This document shows, piece after piece, positions 38,190-51,800 of a stretch of DNA of 64,000 nt. The translations under genes and the position numbers were made by a program. The DNA is from Ginglymostoma cirratum. Its lineage: Eukaryota. The notes beneath the pieces are model-generated. The model saw nothing but the letters and a program-made list of their open reading frames with translations. It was not told where the DNA came from and did no database searches. The DNA lies in assembly GCA_024137785.1 (NCBI GenBank), contig JAHRHZ010000085.1, positions 2,170,279 to 2,234,278 of the forward strand, in the 5' to 3' direction. The first letter of the stretch is position 1. Every line of letters starts with the position of its first letter.

Positions 38190-40420
38190 CATCGATGAGA
38201 CACTGTGGGCCATCAGCAGCAGCAAAATTGTGCTTTAACACAATCTAAAAACTCATGACATGGCATAGCCTCACTCCAACATTATCATGATGCAAGGTGC
38301 AGTGCAGGAGGTCATGGCAGGACCAGCACCAGGCCAAACCTAAAAATGAGGTGAGCTGACCAAACAGGACTACACGTGTGCCAAACGGTATACACATTAA
38401 ATGTTAGACAGAGTTAAGCTATCCCTCAACCAACGGATCAGATCTCAGCTCTGCAGTACGGTCACATCCAGTAATGAACAGTGGTGGACAATTAAACAAC
38501 TCACTGCAGGAGGGGGAGGCTCCACATGTATCTCATCCTCAATAACAAAAACAGCCCAGTGCACAAGTGCAAATAATAAGACTGAGCATATGCTGCAGCT
38601 TTCATCAGAATTTCCTAGTGGGTGATCCTTCTCAGTCTCCTCCACAGAACCCCATCACAGATGCCAGTCTTCAGACAGTTTGATTCACTGCATGTAATAT
38701 CAAGAAACAGTTGGAAACAGTGTATATTGCAAAGGATATCAGAGCTGAGAACATTCCAGCGATAACACTGAAGACAGGTACTACAGAAATTGACGCACCC
38801 CCAGTCAAGCTGTTCCAGAACAGCTACAAACACCTACCTGACAACATGAAAAATTGACAAGGAAATTGCGTACATCAAAAGCAGGATAAATCCAAACAAA
38901 TAAATTATTGTCCCATGCCTACATTTGATCATCAGTAAAGTGATGGAAGATGCCTATGATGCTGCTTGACCTGCTGTGTTCATCCAGCCCCATGCTTGTT
39001 ATCTCCAACAAAAGTCATGTTCTGTAGCATCTGCTGAGCAATGATCTGCTCAGTGATCCTTAGATCGCCCAGGGGTACTCAGCTCCTGACCTGATGAGAG
39101 CCTTGGTTCAAACATGGACAAAATATCTGAATTGCAAAGCTGACGTGAGAGTGACAGCCCTTGACATCAAGGCTGCTTTTGACTAAGTGTGGCATCAAGT
39201 GCCCCAAGCAAACATGGAATCAATGCAAATCGGGAGATGATTGGAGTTGTACGTGACACAAATTAAGATGACTGTGGTGGTCAAACGTCAGACATTACCT
39301 GTCCAGCAATGCCTGCAGGAGATCCTCAAAGTAGTGTCCTAGGCCCAAACTTCTACATCTGTTTCATTAATGATCTTTCTTCCATCATACGATCAGAATT
39401 GGAGACATTCATTCACGATTTCACTGCAGTTAGTACCATTCACTGATCTGGTACTAAGCAATCTATATCTAAATTCAGCAAGGCATCAACAATATCCATT
39501 TTGAGCGAATAAATAGGAAGAAACATTTGCACCACACAAATGCCAGGCAATGGCCATCTCCAGTAATAAATAATCTAACCATTGCCCCATATCATTTCAA
39601 TGTCATTTCCATCATTGCGTCCCTCACGAGCAACACCTTGGGGTTTACCATTGACCAGAAATTGAACTGAACTATGCATTTAAATATAATAGTTGTAAGA
39701 ATAAGCTAGAAGCGAGGAATCCTGCAGTGGGTAACTTACCTCCTGCTTCTCCAAAGACATTTCACCATCTACATGGCACAGTCAAGAGTGTGATGGAATG
39801 CTCCACACTTGCCTGGATGAATGCATTTCCAACAACACTCAAAAAGATGGATACCCCACCACAGAACAAAGCAACCCACTTGTTTGGCAACCCACAAATA
39901 CATTTCTGATGAAAGGTCTAGGCCCGAAACATCAAGCTTTCCTGGTCTTATGATGCTGCTTGGCCTGCTGTGTTCATCCAGTTCCACACCTTGTAATCTC
40001 GGATTCTCCAGCATCTGCAGTACCTATTATCTCTAATACATACTTCCGCCAGAACTGATGCTCAGTAACTTCAGCGCATTTCATCCACAAAGTGCTCTGC
40101 AAAAGCACACTAAAATCCTTAGACTTCACCTTGGAAACACATGACAACTTCTGTCTCAAAGGACAATGGCAGCAGATATGTGGGATCACCACTAGCTGAA
40201 AGGTTCCTTTCAATCCACTAACGATACTGACTTGGAAACGCATTACCATTCAGCCACTGCGACAAACTCCTCAGATTCCTTCCCTCATGGCATTATGGGC
40301 CAGCAGACAACACATGGACAGCAGTGGTTCTGGAAGGCAGCTCAACTTCTCAAGGTCAACAAGGGATGGGCAATAAATGCTGGTCCAACCAGTGACAAGC
40401 ACATCTCATAACTGAGTTAT
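38190..40420 (+). mobile_element. Decayed LINE of a second family (L2/Crack-like RT)
   Basis: ALDIKAAFD*VWHQ near 39160 and SVLGP near 39330. Related minus-strand fragments lie at ~14640-15210 and ~41500-42270. Confidence 0.65.
39900..40035 (+). mobile_element. Short Penelope-derived insert with a variant hammerhead core
   Basis: ctgatgaaaggtctaggcccgaaacatc followed by the family body. Confidence 0.7.
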
Positions 40421-40544
40421 CATGGAAAACATGTTGTACTTAATTTACATGAGGTATTATTTCACTGAAACTCATGCACATGATGATGCCAATTCATCTC
40501 ATCGAAACCATTTAAAAATAGTTTATTACACAGAAGACTGCAAA

Positions 40545-40990
40545 CAAGTGTGGCATGGTTGTCAGTAATTAGCACTGCTGCCTCACAGCACCAGGAACCT
40601 GGGCTCAATTCCACCCTTGAACATCTGTCGGTGTGGAGTTTGCACATTCTCCCTGTGGCTGCATGTGATTACTCCAGGAACTCCTGTTTCCTTCTTTCTG
40701 CGTTTCCAGGGAATATCTGAAGTTTGACCACCATAGCCATCTTACTTTGTGCCATGTACATCTCCAATCAATGGAGAGTTATCTCCTGATTCACATTGAT
40801 TCCTTGTTTGTTAAGCGTCATTGATGCCACTCTGGCAAATGTCCAGTGATGTGCAGGTTAGGTGGATTGGCCAAAGTAAATGCAAGATTATAGGGATACG
40901 GTGAGGGGATGAGTTTGGATGGGATACTCTTCGGAGACTCAATGTGGACTCAATGGGCCATATGGCATAATTCCACACTGTAGGGATTCT
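40545..40990 (+). mobile_element. tRNA-derived SINE with an internal LINE fragment (~40700-40840)
   Basis: SINE head and core motifs lie on either side of the insert. Confidence 0.7.
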
Positions 40991-41499
40991 ATGATTCTTC
41001 TATTCAATATGAAGAGAAAATACAATAATCCAAGCTATTTACATGTGTATTCTTTAAACTGTTTAGAAACACACGCTATGAAAATAATCCCATCACTTTA
41101 CTGTGCTGCAACACCAGAAAGCGTTATCCTCCCTCTCACACCTATAATTTTGCCTTAACAGCTTAATTCAATTTTTGTAATGAGACATTCATAGCCTCTC
41201 AATCGTGATTATTCACACAAATATACCAACATATTCTCAGCTTGAAGATTTTACGGTCTGGAATTTTGAACATAAATTCCTTAAACTGAGGTAAGCTATT
41301 TCCTAAATGTTCTGAACTGACTCCTTTTTTGAAACATTATATATCGTGCCCGAAATTTGTGTTCATTGGTTCCATTTCCCTGAGTTTGTACTTTTAGAGT
41401 TATAGCATCATAGCCTCATGGAGATGGATAGCACACAAAAAGGTCCTTTAGCCCATCACATCTGCATTGGTCAAAAATAATCCCCTTACTATTCTAATA

Positions 41500-42270
41500 A
41501 CATTTTTATTTATTCAGTCATAGGACGTGGGCATTGCTGGCTGGTCAGAATCTATTACTGTTCAGTAGTTGCTCTTGAGCAGGTGTTGATGAGCAGCTTT
41601 CTTGAACGACTGCCATCCCTGTGCTGGAGGTTGACCCACAATGCCTTCAGTGAGGGAAATCCAGGATTTTGACCCAACAACAGCGAAGGAATGATGATAT
41701 GTTTTCCAGTCAGGATGGTGAATGAATGGAGCAGAACTTGCAAGTTATGGTGTTCCCATTTATCGGCAGCCCTTGTCCTTCAAGACGGAAGTGATTGTGG
41801 GGTTGCAAGGTGAAATCTGAGGATCTTTGGGCTCATCAGCACAAGCCTGGATATTGTCTAGATCTTGTTGCATTTGAATATGGACTGCTTCAATATTTGA
41901 GGAATAGTGAATGGTCGTGAAAATTTTGCAATCAATGGCAAATGTTCCCACTACTGGGTTTATGATGGTAGGAAGGTCATTGATGGAACAGCTGAAGCTG
42001 GTTGGGCCTAGAATACTACCATGAAGAACTCCTGATGAGGTGTCCTGGAGCTGAAATGACTGACCTCCAGCAACCACAACCATCTTCCAATGTGCCTTGT
42101 AAGACTCCAACCAGGGGAGACTTTGTTCCTGATACCAATTGATTCCAATATTGCGAGTGCTCCTTGGTGCCACTCTCAGTAGAATGTGGCATAGTGTCAA
42201 GGGCTGTCACTCTCATCTCTCAACTGGAATGCAGCTCATTTGTCCATGTTTGAACCAAGGCTATAATTGA
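41500..42270 (-). mobile_element. LINE fragment (second family)
   Basis: ORF SGVLHGSILGP..INDLP..MQQDLDNIQ. Confidence 0.7.
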
Positions 42271-43649
42271 TGTCCAGCACTTGGTCTTTTTTGATTGGTT
42301 GCACCCACTAGATCGTCTTCTCATCACAGACATCATGTTAATGCATCTTCTACAGCAAACATATATCCTACATTGGACAGCAATGTCAAAACCACGTGCA
42401 CTTTGGCAACTGAAATCTCATAAAAACCTTTCATACTTGCACAAGTTATTCATTTGATTCAGACATCTCACCACTTTTCATAAAGAGCAAAATATTGCCC
42501 TTATACTTACACATTAATTTTCAGAAACTGTGTAACTGTGTCAAAAATATGATTTTTCAAATGTCCTCTAACACATTCCTGCAATGAGGAGTACTGATGC
42601 TTTAAAAGTTAACCAATGCATTATCAGAGACTGAATTGGTGAAATTATACCTGCAAAGATAAATGACTGCATTGTCAGGATACTTCTATCAGCTAGTTAA
42701 CAGTACAGAATCCAGAATCCTGAAGTATCTGATATTAATGAGTTTTGAAGTCACTATCACAATGGACATGTTTATCAATACCTAACTGTGAGATGAGGTA
42801 AGCATGGACTGGTGTAGATTAAGGATGCACGATGTGTAGAAAGAGATTGGCATGTCGTTGTGGTCATTGTGATGATCCCAACTGACATTTTTTTTAATCT
42901 GGATCAATCAGACCTCAGGTAGGAATCTGGCTTGATTGACCATAGCTTTATTTGTTTAGCTTTAACAAAACGTCGTCTCACAGAAACAAAATTGCAGATT
43001 ATGCTGCATCAACAAATCAAGTGCATTACAAAAGAGCAAAGATCAAATAGAATCATCAAAAGTTTCAATTTCCAATGCAAATTCAAAGATTTGAAGCACA
43101 TAGTTAAATGTATAATCCATTTAATCACAAAACATCACTTTGTAAATTGGTAAGAAAGAAATTTGCTTGTGAGTGGTACCCAAATAAAACAGTGCAATTT
43201 TCAATATTCTACACATGTAACACAAAGCAGATTGTTTGTAGCTGTTATCATAGTAGGTTTAAGCAACTTGCCAGGAGAAATTTTAGACTGCAACTGTGAT
43301 AACATCTTCCTGGAACTAACACACAACTGAACTTCTCAGAACTTATGTTAAGTCGGCTCTTTTGGATATCCTACCACTTCTATTTTTGGACTAACACAAA
43401 CTCTACACTTCAACGTAATCTAATTCACTATATCTGTCACATTACATCCATCCATTTCCAAGACCTTCACAGGAATTCACTACTCAAAAGTTTTCTCTCA
43501 GCAATGTTACATTTCTCTTCATGTAAAACAAAACGACTACTAATACTCTCTAACAAACATTTGATAACCCATCGTCCACTTTTGGAATTGTACATTCAAC
43601 TTACAAGGATTTTGCTGGGTTTGAAAGTTTTGAACTACAGCAAGACCTA

Positions 43650-44060
43650 ATTAGACTGGCGCTACTTTTCCTGGAGCATCAGAGGCTGAGGGGTAATTAT
43701 AGAGGTTTACAAATTCATGAGTGGTGTAAATAGGGTGAATAGCCAATGTCTTTTTCCCAGGGTAGGGGATTCCCCAACTAGAGGGCAATGGTTTAAGGTA
43801 AGAGGGGAAAGATTTAAAAGGGACCTGAGGGGCAACTTTTTCACACAGAGGATGGTGCTTGTATGGAATGAGCCGCCACAGGAGGTTGTGGAACCTGGAA
43901 CAATTACAGCATTGAAAAGGCATCTGGATGGGTACATGAATAGGAAAGGTTTGGAGGGATATGAGTCAAATGTTGGCAAATGGGACCAGATTAATTTAGG
44001 ATATCTGGTCGGCATGGAAAAGGTGGATTGAAAGGTCTGTTTCCATGCTGTACAGCTGTA
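43650..44060 (+). mobile_element. CR1 3' end
   Basis: RGNFFTQRMVLVWN. Confidence 0.8.
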
Positions 44061-45677
44061 TGGCTCTATGACCCTATTACTAATGTTGCTAGTTTGGAAG
44101 GAATGTTTGACAAACAAAATTCCATGAGTGCACAGAATCTATTCATCCCACAACTATGTCATGTAAACCGTTTTATTAAAGCAAATGTCATGATAAAAAA
44201 CTTCCAAGTTAGTTATTAACTTCAGATACAGGATGAAAGAACAGCCAGTTAGTAACTCAAAATCAGAAACATAAGCTTGCACTAATCATTATATATATTT
44301 AAATCCCACAAGGAAGTGTCAAACTGAATCAAGAATAACTTGAGTGGAAACATATACCTGTTTTACTTATCATAATAACGTAAACCTTGACATTTAGTTT
44401 TTACTGTAGTAAAACAATCAGCAGAATATTCCTCAAATTATGACAGACACTAATGTGAAACTGGAGTAACTGCAGAACTGCAAAAATTCAAAGGAAAATG
44501 AAAATTCTTGACATTAAATGGTCTTGACTTGTCAAGGTTTTTTGTTTCTGAGATGCTGTTAGTAGTTGGCAGGGAGATGTTTTGTTGAAACGTGTTGGCA
44601 GCCTAACAGGTGGGTTATCGAGGCTGAAGCATTAGTATAAACATTGGATGGATAGAGCACTACCATTTGTTACCTGCACTTTAAGTGTCATGTTTGAGTC
44701 GATAATATTGCGAATTAATGAAGTCAATTGGCAGTATGGTCACGTTAATGGGGCAGTAAGTCATTGACCCACACCAATTTTCTGAGATCATGGGTTAAGA
44801 TTCCATGATGGCAGAAGGGGAAAATTGGATCCAATTTTAAAATCCAGAATTGAAAGTCAGTTTAATTGTGACCATGTAACACTCATGACTTTTGTAAAAA
44901 ATATTGGAACCATTAATGTCCATTACAAAGTAAATGTGCGATCCTCATTTGCTTTGACCTGAATGTGACTCAAGACCCAATGTCATGTGGTCGACTCTTA
45001 ATGGTTCCCTGAACATTCTTCACAAGTTAACATGCAAGTAGGAGTGGGCAATAATTGGAGCCAGTTATCACTTGGGCCTATTTAGCTTCACAAAAGAAAA
45101 AAGAAAGGCATTAATATTTTGCAGAACAGTAATGACATAGACAGGACTGATAAAATCAGAAATATTGCTTGAATGATAGTAGATTGAACAAAAAAAGTCA
45201 AATCAAAAAATGTAATAAAACACCAACAAATTAAAAAGAATAAAACAATGCACAACTGATACATATGTTTGACACAGTAAGAACCATCTTACGCTGAAAG
45301 AAAAGACAAAAGGAAATGAAAATATCAGTATTTTCATGTTGAAACTAGCAGTGAAATAGTGGGAAAAATCTACCAGTTTAGGAGTTTTTTAAAAGTTATT
45401 CAAAAACAATAATATTTACTTCTTAGGTGAAACATAACAGAGAGTTCTAGAGATTTATGAGTTTAGTAGTTTGAATGAAGCCAGTTGCTATCTCAAATTG
45501 TGCATGTTAAACAAGTTTGAAGGCAAAATAGATTTAGTTCATGAGACATTAAAGGAAGTTAAGAAGTCAATGACTACTTTTTGAAAGTAATGAAAGACCA
45601 CAGAGAGGGCTGAACCAGACAGAAATGGATACAAAACACCCTTAATACCAATATCTTCTCATTTTATCTATAGGTCT

Positions 45678-45812
45678 TTAAGTTTGGCTGTTGGTTTTCA
45701 CTGCTGCATACAATGGAGTTGCAGTTTTGTGTTCTGGTTTCAATGTTAACTTGGGACCGTTCAAATTCAGAGTAGCGTAAGTCAGCTGGCTTTTTCTCAT
45801 GCTGTCTTTGGT
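45678..45812 (-). CDS. Terminal cytoplasmic exon with ITIM (LTYATL) and ITIM/ITSM-like motif (TPLYAAV)
   Basis: Acceptor aattttacag|. The phase-0 frame reads TKDSMRKSQLTYATLNLNGPKLTLKPEHKTATPLYAAVKTNSQT then TAA. This frame is not in the ORF track. Confidence 0.85.
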   Translation of the reverse strand, partial: TKDSMRKSQLTYATLNLNGPKLTLKPEHKTATPLYAAVKTNSQT

Positions 45813-48800
45813 CTGTAAAATTATATTGAAAGTAATTCATTTTTGCTCCAACGTTCATAAAATGCTAAGAATTTTTCAATGTTATCCAGGAACCAAATGA
45901 TTGAATTAAGAAAATAATTACTGTATTCAAACATATGAACTGAAAAGTACCTCTGCATATATTGTTCTTTCATCCTGGGGCTTCGGAATATTAGAATTCT
46001 TTGAGTGGACCAGTTTAAGATCAGCATACATTAATCTGTCTTCAACTGTCTCTTGTTTCCTCTGGAAAGTTAAAGTTTAATTCCATGAATTTATGTTTTC
46101 TGGAGTCAAGAATCAACATTTCAGAGTAATCAATGACAATTATTTTGTCTCCTTGAGTTTGCTAGCATTCTGTTACATTCTTAATAGTTGAAATCCACTG
46201 TATTCAATCTCTTTTCTCCACTCAGCAAAAATGAAAGCTGCCTCATTGCTCGATGGTGTAAGGTGTCCATGTTGGACTGGGGTGGACAAAGTCAGAAACC
46301 ACATGACACCAGGTTATAGTCCAAAAGGTTTGTTTGAAATCACAAGCTTTTGGATCCTCAGTCCTTCTTCAACTATCTGCAAATGTATCTGCAAATACTC
46401 ACTCTCTCTCTGTCTCTCCCACACATACACATAAATGCACACATGCATGTGAATCTAGGGAGGGAATTTGTATTTGCAGATACAGTTAATTTTGTTAAAA
46501 AGCACACAATTTATAGACAGTCAGTAAATGTGTGGCACTTTATAAATTATTACTTTAGAAATAAAATCAGTCTGACTCAAAACCAAGACACAAAAAATTT
46601 CTAAGCAAGGCCTCACACCTAACATTCATTGTCTGGCGGAAAGAGTCACCTTTGCTTTGCACGAATAAAAACTTTAATTCTCTCAGGACAGTGATTTGAA
46701 AGGAATTTGGGGATTCGCATGGACATAATAATGATTTAAGATTTAAGAGCACCTCGGGTTTATTTAATACGTCTTGATCAGTGGTGTGACCCTTTGATGT
46801 TGTACTTATAAATTCACTGTCTGATACTACCTCTCTCACTGACAGCTGAAGAAGGACTGAGGCTCCTAAAACTTGTGTTTTCAAGTAAACTTGTTGCACT
46901 AGAAACTGGTGTCTTGTAATTTTTGATGTTGTCATTGGCTGATGTCACCTTGCTCGCAAGCTATGAAAATTTATGTTTGAGTATGTTAAAACTTAGAAAA
47001 GGAACTCTGCAAAATTCAGTTTTCAAAGTACAAAATTATTGTATTAATTCAACATTATCAATTTTCAACATTCATACTGAAATCATTCAACATTACATCC
47101 TGCTACAGATTGAAGATGCTGTGAACGTTTTGCTCTAGATTTTGATGGAACTGATCTGAATTTTGTTTACAATGATAAATAAAGTTACTTAAAGCATGTC
47201 TCTTCATTTGGAAATAAAAACACAATTCAAACTGTGTGTAATGCCTAAACTGCTATGCTATCATTGGTTGTCTGGTGCATTAATTGGCTTCAAACTGGTT
47301 TTTCTTGTATTTTTGGCTTAATGCTTAAATTAGTAATTTAATTATACCGATAGAAGCAACCATTTATTGGTAAGATGAATAGTAATCAAACAATTAGATC
47401 TCATTAATTATGTCAATAGCACAGTTTCAATGATAATAAATGGGACAGTGAAGGTTTTTAGTGAAGATGAACATGCAAGCCAATTCCGTTGAATCTTTAA
47501 GGTACACAAAATGCCACACAGTATTTTCCAGCAAAGTGTTAACTTCTACCTGAAGATGTTTTTGTTAGGATAGCAAAATGAGGCAACAGATAATTTGGGA
47601 GCCTGGTCATGTAGAGAGTAAAGAAATAATTGAATAGTTAACCAATGGTGTTCCTTCCATTCAAAGAACAAAACACAAAATGGCAATTCTGTTTTACACA
47701 TATGCTCTCAGACTTTATATGCAATATTGTTTTAACAGAGGCAATTATTCATTCTCTTGAGATCTGCACCTCTGTACCTGACTCATTGAAATGCGGAGTG
47801 ACAACCTGACAAGACCAGGGGAAATGAAGGGAAGCATTAGCAAAGCTGAGAAACATGTTAAGTAACACAAATTCAAGGGCAGCTACTCAATGCATGTAAC
47901 ACTGACAAGAAGCTAAATGATTAAAAACAAATAAATAGAGATGAATGGCTCTGGCCTAATTGACATTATAAACACATCACTGCAGGATGATTAGGAGAAC
48001 TGATTATCCAATGATATTTAGTATGGACAAAGGAAAAGGGGATATGTTCATATTACATTAATAGTAATGGATGAGATCTGTATCTTAGGATCACAGATTA
48101 GAATAAAAAATGAGGAGTCTTCCATGGTGGAGCTAAGAAACAGTAAGCAGGAGGAAACGTTGGCAGTTGCTTATAAGCCACAAAGGCCAGTACTAATGTG
48201 AGGCACAGACAAAATAAAAAGACCAGTGTAGTGTGGTACATAGTTTTTGCAACAATCATGGCTGGATCCAATCAAGACATAGGCTTGACAAAGAGATGAG
48301 TACTATAGATGTGAAGGATGAGTTTCAGAGTGTGTTAGGGAGAGTTTTCTGGAGCAGTTAGTCTGTTTAAGAACAGACTAGAGAACTATGTTTATCTTGC
48401 AACGTGCGACAAATAATAATTAACAATATTGTTGCAAGAGAATCTTGAAACATGAATAACTGTACAATGATGGATTTAGCCATGACAAGTATGATAGTTG
48501 TTAATGTTTGTAATACTTTCAATCATTTCTTTCTGTATGTTACTTTCATGGTAAAGGCTAAGTTGCACTTTTGTCATGACAATAAAACTGTTTGACTTCA
48601 TCCAGATAGATTAAAACATTACTTTGATTGCAGTGACTGAATCATTCAGATAATTTTCAAAGCAAAGTCGATGGCTACAGGCTTTACCTCATCTTTGGGT
48701 TGAGTAGGATTTCTTGCTTTTTCCTTTGAACCTGGTGGCAATAAATTTGACATCAATTGTCAAGAGAGCCGTGATGTTTGCATTCATCAGTAAGATAGCA

Positions 48801-51800
48801 AAATACACTATGATTCACGTCGACACAAGGTGTAATAAGCTAACTGGATTCAGGATGTAACTGAACATGTTGAACTCCAGTACAATTATTTAGTTTGTGT
48901 TGAAGCTGTCAAAATATTACTTCATCAGCGAAATTCACCGGACTACCTTCAGATCTGAAAAGATAAGATTTAACAGACTAAAGCTACGACCCTGAACATG
49001 CAATGTTGGCTTTGAAGTGACACAAATGCGTGTAAGTAGTTTCACATCATATATTTATTTTAACTGGACAAGTCAGATTTCAGTACCCAATAATGTGAAT
49101 GCACTTCAGGTTGTTTAATCAACACATGTGTGGAAGTTGTTCCATTTCGTATGTATATTCCTGTTCGTACCTTTAGATATAATGAATAGAAAATGCTTCG
49201 CAACCATCACTGTGCATAATAGAATTGCAAGTGCTCCAGTGGCACATCCAGCGACAACAGCAACCCTGATTTTGGAGGCAAAATCTATGAGATGAACATA
49301 AAATTAAAATTAGAATTGGTTGTGAGAACCAGAAACTTATACATTTAAATATCATATGCTTCTTTTCTCATTACACTGCTTTGGTAATATTCTACTACTG
49401 TACATGAAATCTCACATGTTAACTTCTCCCCTCAGCTTTTCTTTATGCAGTTGGATACAAAGAGGGTAAATTATCGGAATTTGGAGAAATAAAAGCAGAT
49501 GAAACAATAAATATAATTAATATATCAAAATCCGGCAGTATTCAATTAATAAGTGTTCAGATCAGATGACTGTGGGACAAGTTTCCTTGAGATTCATTTT
49601 TGAGCACAAATTATTTTATACATTTTCAAAGAAAATCTTTCTCCATGTGCAAACTACCCAACTGTTGAGGGCAGACAATTGCATAGTCATCGTTCACTGG
49701 ACTAACAATAGAGAACTCCAAGTTCTTGGCTCGCGGATTTTAATGCCACCAGGGCAGATGGTGAAATTTGAACTCAATATAAACCTGTTTGTCAGAAAAT
49801 CACATGGTCTCCTTGTTATCGGAAAGATGTTGTTAGACTTGAAAGCATTCAGAAAAGGTTTGCAAGGATGTTTTCAGTTTTGGAGCATTTTAGCTACACA
49901 TAGAGGCTGAATAGGCTGGGGCTATTTTCTCTGGAACCTCAAAAGCTGAGGGGTGACCTTACAAATGTTTGTAAAATCATTCCAGCTATGGATAGAATGA
50001 ATAGTCAAGGTATTTTCCCCAGGGTGGGGCAGTCCTAAACTGGAGGACATAGGTTTAAGTTGAGAGGAGAAAGATTTAAAATGGACCTAAGGCGTAACTT
50101 TTTCACACAGAGGGTGGTGTGTGAATGGAATGAACTGCCAGAAATTGAGGTAGCATCTGGTACAATTACAACATTTAAAAGGCATCTGGATGGGTCTATG
50201 AATAGGAATGGTTTGGAGGGATATGTGCCAAATGCTGCCAAATGGGACTAGGTTAATTTAGGATATTTGGTCGGCAAGAACGAGTTGAAACTAAGTGTCT
50301 GTTTTTGCATAGTACATCTCTATGACTGACTGTATGATCAGGTCCTTTGGAAGTAATTTTGCCAACGTTATTTGTCATGCAAGTGACTCACTGCAAATTA
50401 GATGATTGTTAACCACCCCCTTGGCAATTACAGAAAGATAATAAATGTCCTCCCAGTAAACAATACCCTCAATGAAATCAAAAGATCTGCTAAACTCTGT
50501 TGAATGTTATGATAAATGGGTACACTCTTAGCTAAGATTACAAGGCATGGAGCTGGATGAACACAGCAGGCCAAGCAGCATCATAGGAGCAGGAAAGCTT
50601 GACATTTTGGGCCTAGACCCTTCATCAGAAATTATTTTTGATGGGGTCATCAGGATTTCTGATGAAGGGTCAGGCCCGAAACGTCAAGCTTTCCTGCTCC
50701 TATGATGCTGCTTGGCCTGCTGTGTTCATCCAGCTCCACACCTTGTTATCTCAGATTCTCCAGCATCTGCAGTACCTTTTATCTCTGATACACTCTTAGC
50801 TAAATCGTTTTCTGAACATATATGAAGATATTCAGGGGTCTTTGGAAGAAGTAACACAACAGGGATACTCAATGAATGGCGTGACACTCGGAAGCTCAGA
50901 TGAGTGGGAAAGGCTTGGACTTCTGTCCACAGATCCCTGAAGGTTGCAGGGCAGTTCACCATGGTGGTTAAGAAGACATACAAGGCATATGATCTTGTCA
51001 GTAATGGTGTAGATTTATAACAGCAAGGAGACTACTTTGGAGTTTAACAGGACTTTGGTTAGGCCACAGCTGGAGCACTGTGTGCAGTTCTGGTTGCCAC
51101 ACGGTTATAAGTGTTCGGCTTAAAACATCTCCAAGACAGACTATTAAGCCTTAAGGGTTAATTGGAAATGGCAATGTGCAATTGAAGACAAGTGGAACAT
51201 CACAAGGCTTTCAGCAAAACAGCTTGCCTTGCCTGGGAGGGAAAAAATATCGTGCAGTTAAAAAGGAGCTATGTTGGAAGTGTTTATCAATTTGTTTTTG
51301 TTAGAAGTCACAGGACACTAGGTTATAGTCCAACAGGTTTTTTTTTAGAATCACAAGCTTCCCAACCGCTGCTCATTCATCAGGAGAAGATGACCGGACG
51401 AAACAGCAGACCTCAGAAAGCTTGTGATTTCCAATGAACCTGTTCGACTATAGCCTGGTGTGTGTGACTTCTGACTTTGTCCACCTCACTCCAACACTGG
51501 CACCTCCATGTCATAATTTGTTTTTACGCAGTGGAATGCCTGGAAAACCGCTGTAAACGCGCCGAAATAGTAAAACAGCGTGTAACTTGAGACTTAGAAT
51601 AGTATTAATGTCGGGGACTTGGCACCATCCATTGAAAGTTCACCAACGGGCTCAAGACCGGCGCCGTGGAACTGGAGATCGAACTCCATGTACCTCCATC
51701 GCCAAAGTCCCCAGAGAGCAGAGAGGCAGTGTGAAACTCACATGTTAAAGATATATCTCAGTAGATTAACCTGACGATTTAACTTTCATATATTAAGTGA

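Noticed and set aside
44172-44177. AATAAA on the minus strand as the receptor poly(A) signal
   Set aside because: Plausible (about 1.5 kb after the stop) but indistinguishable from chance in AT-rich DNA without 3' reads.
45664-45858. ORF-track frame (..LRYSEF..) as the main cytoplasmic tail
   Set aside because: The upstream exon ends in phase 0, which selects the frame with the canonical LTYATL.
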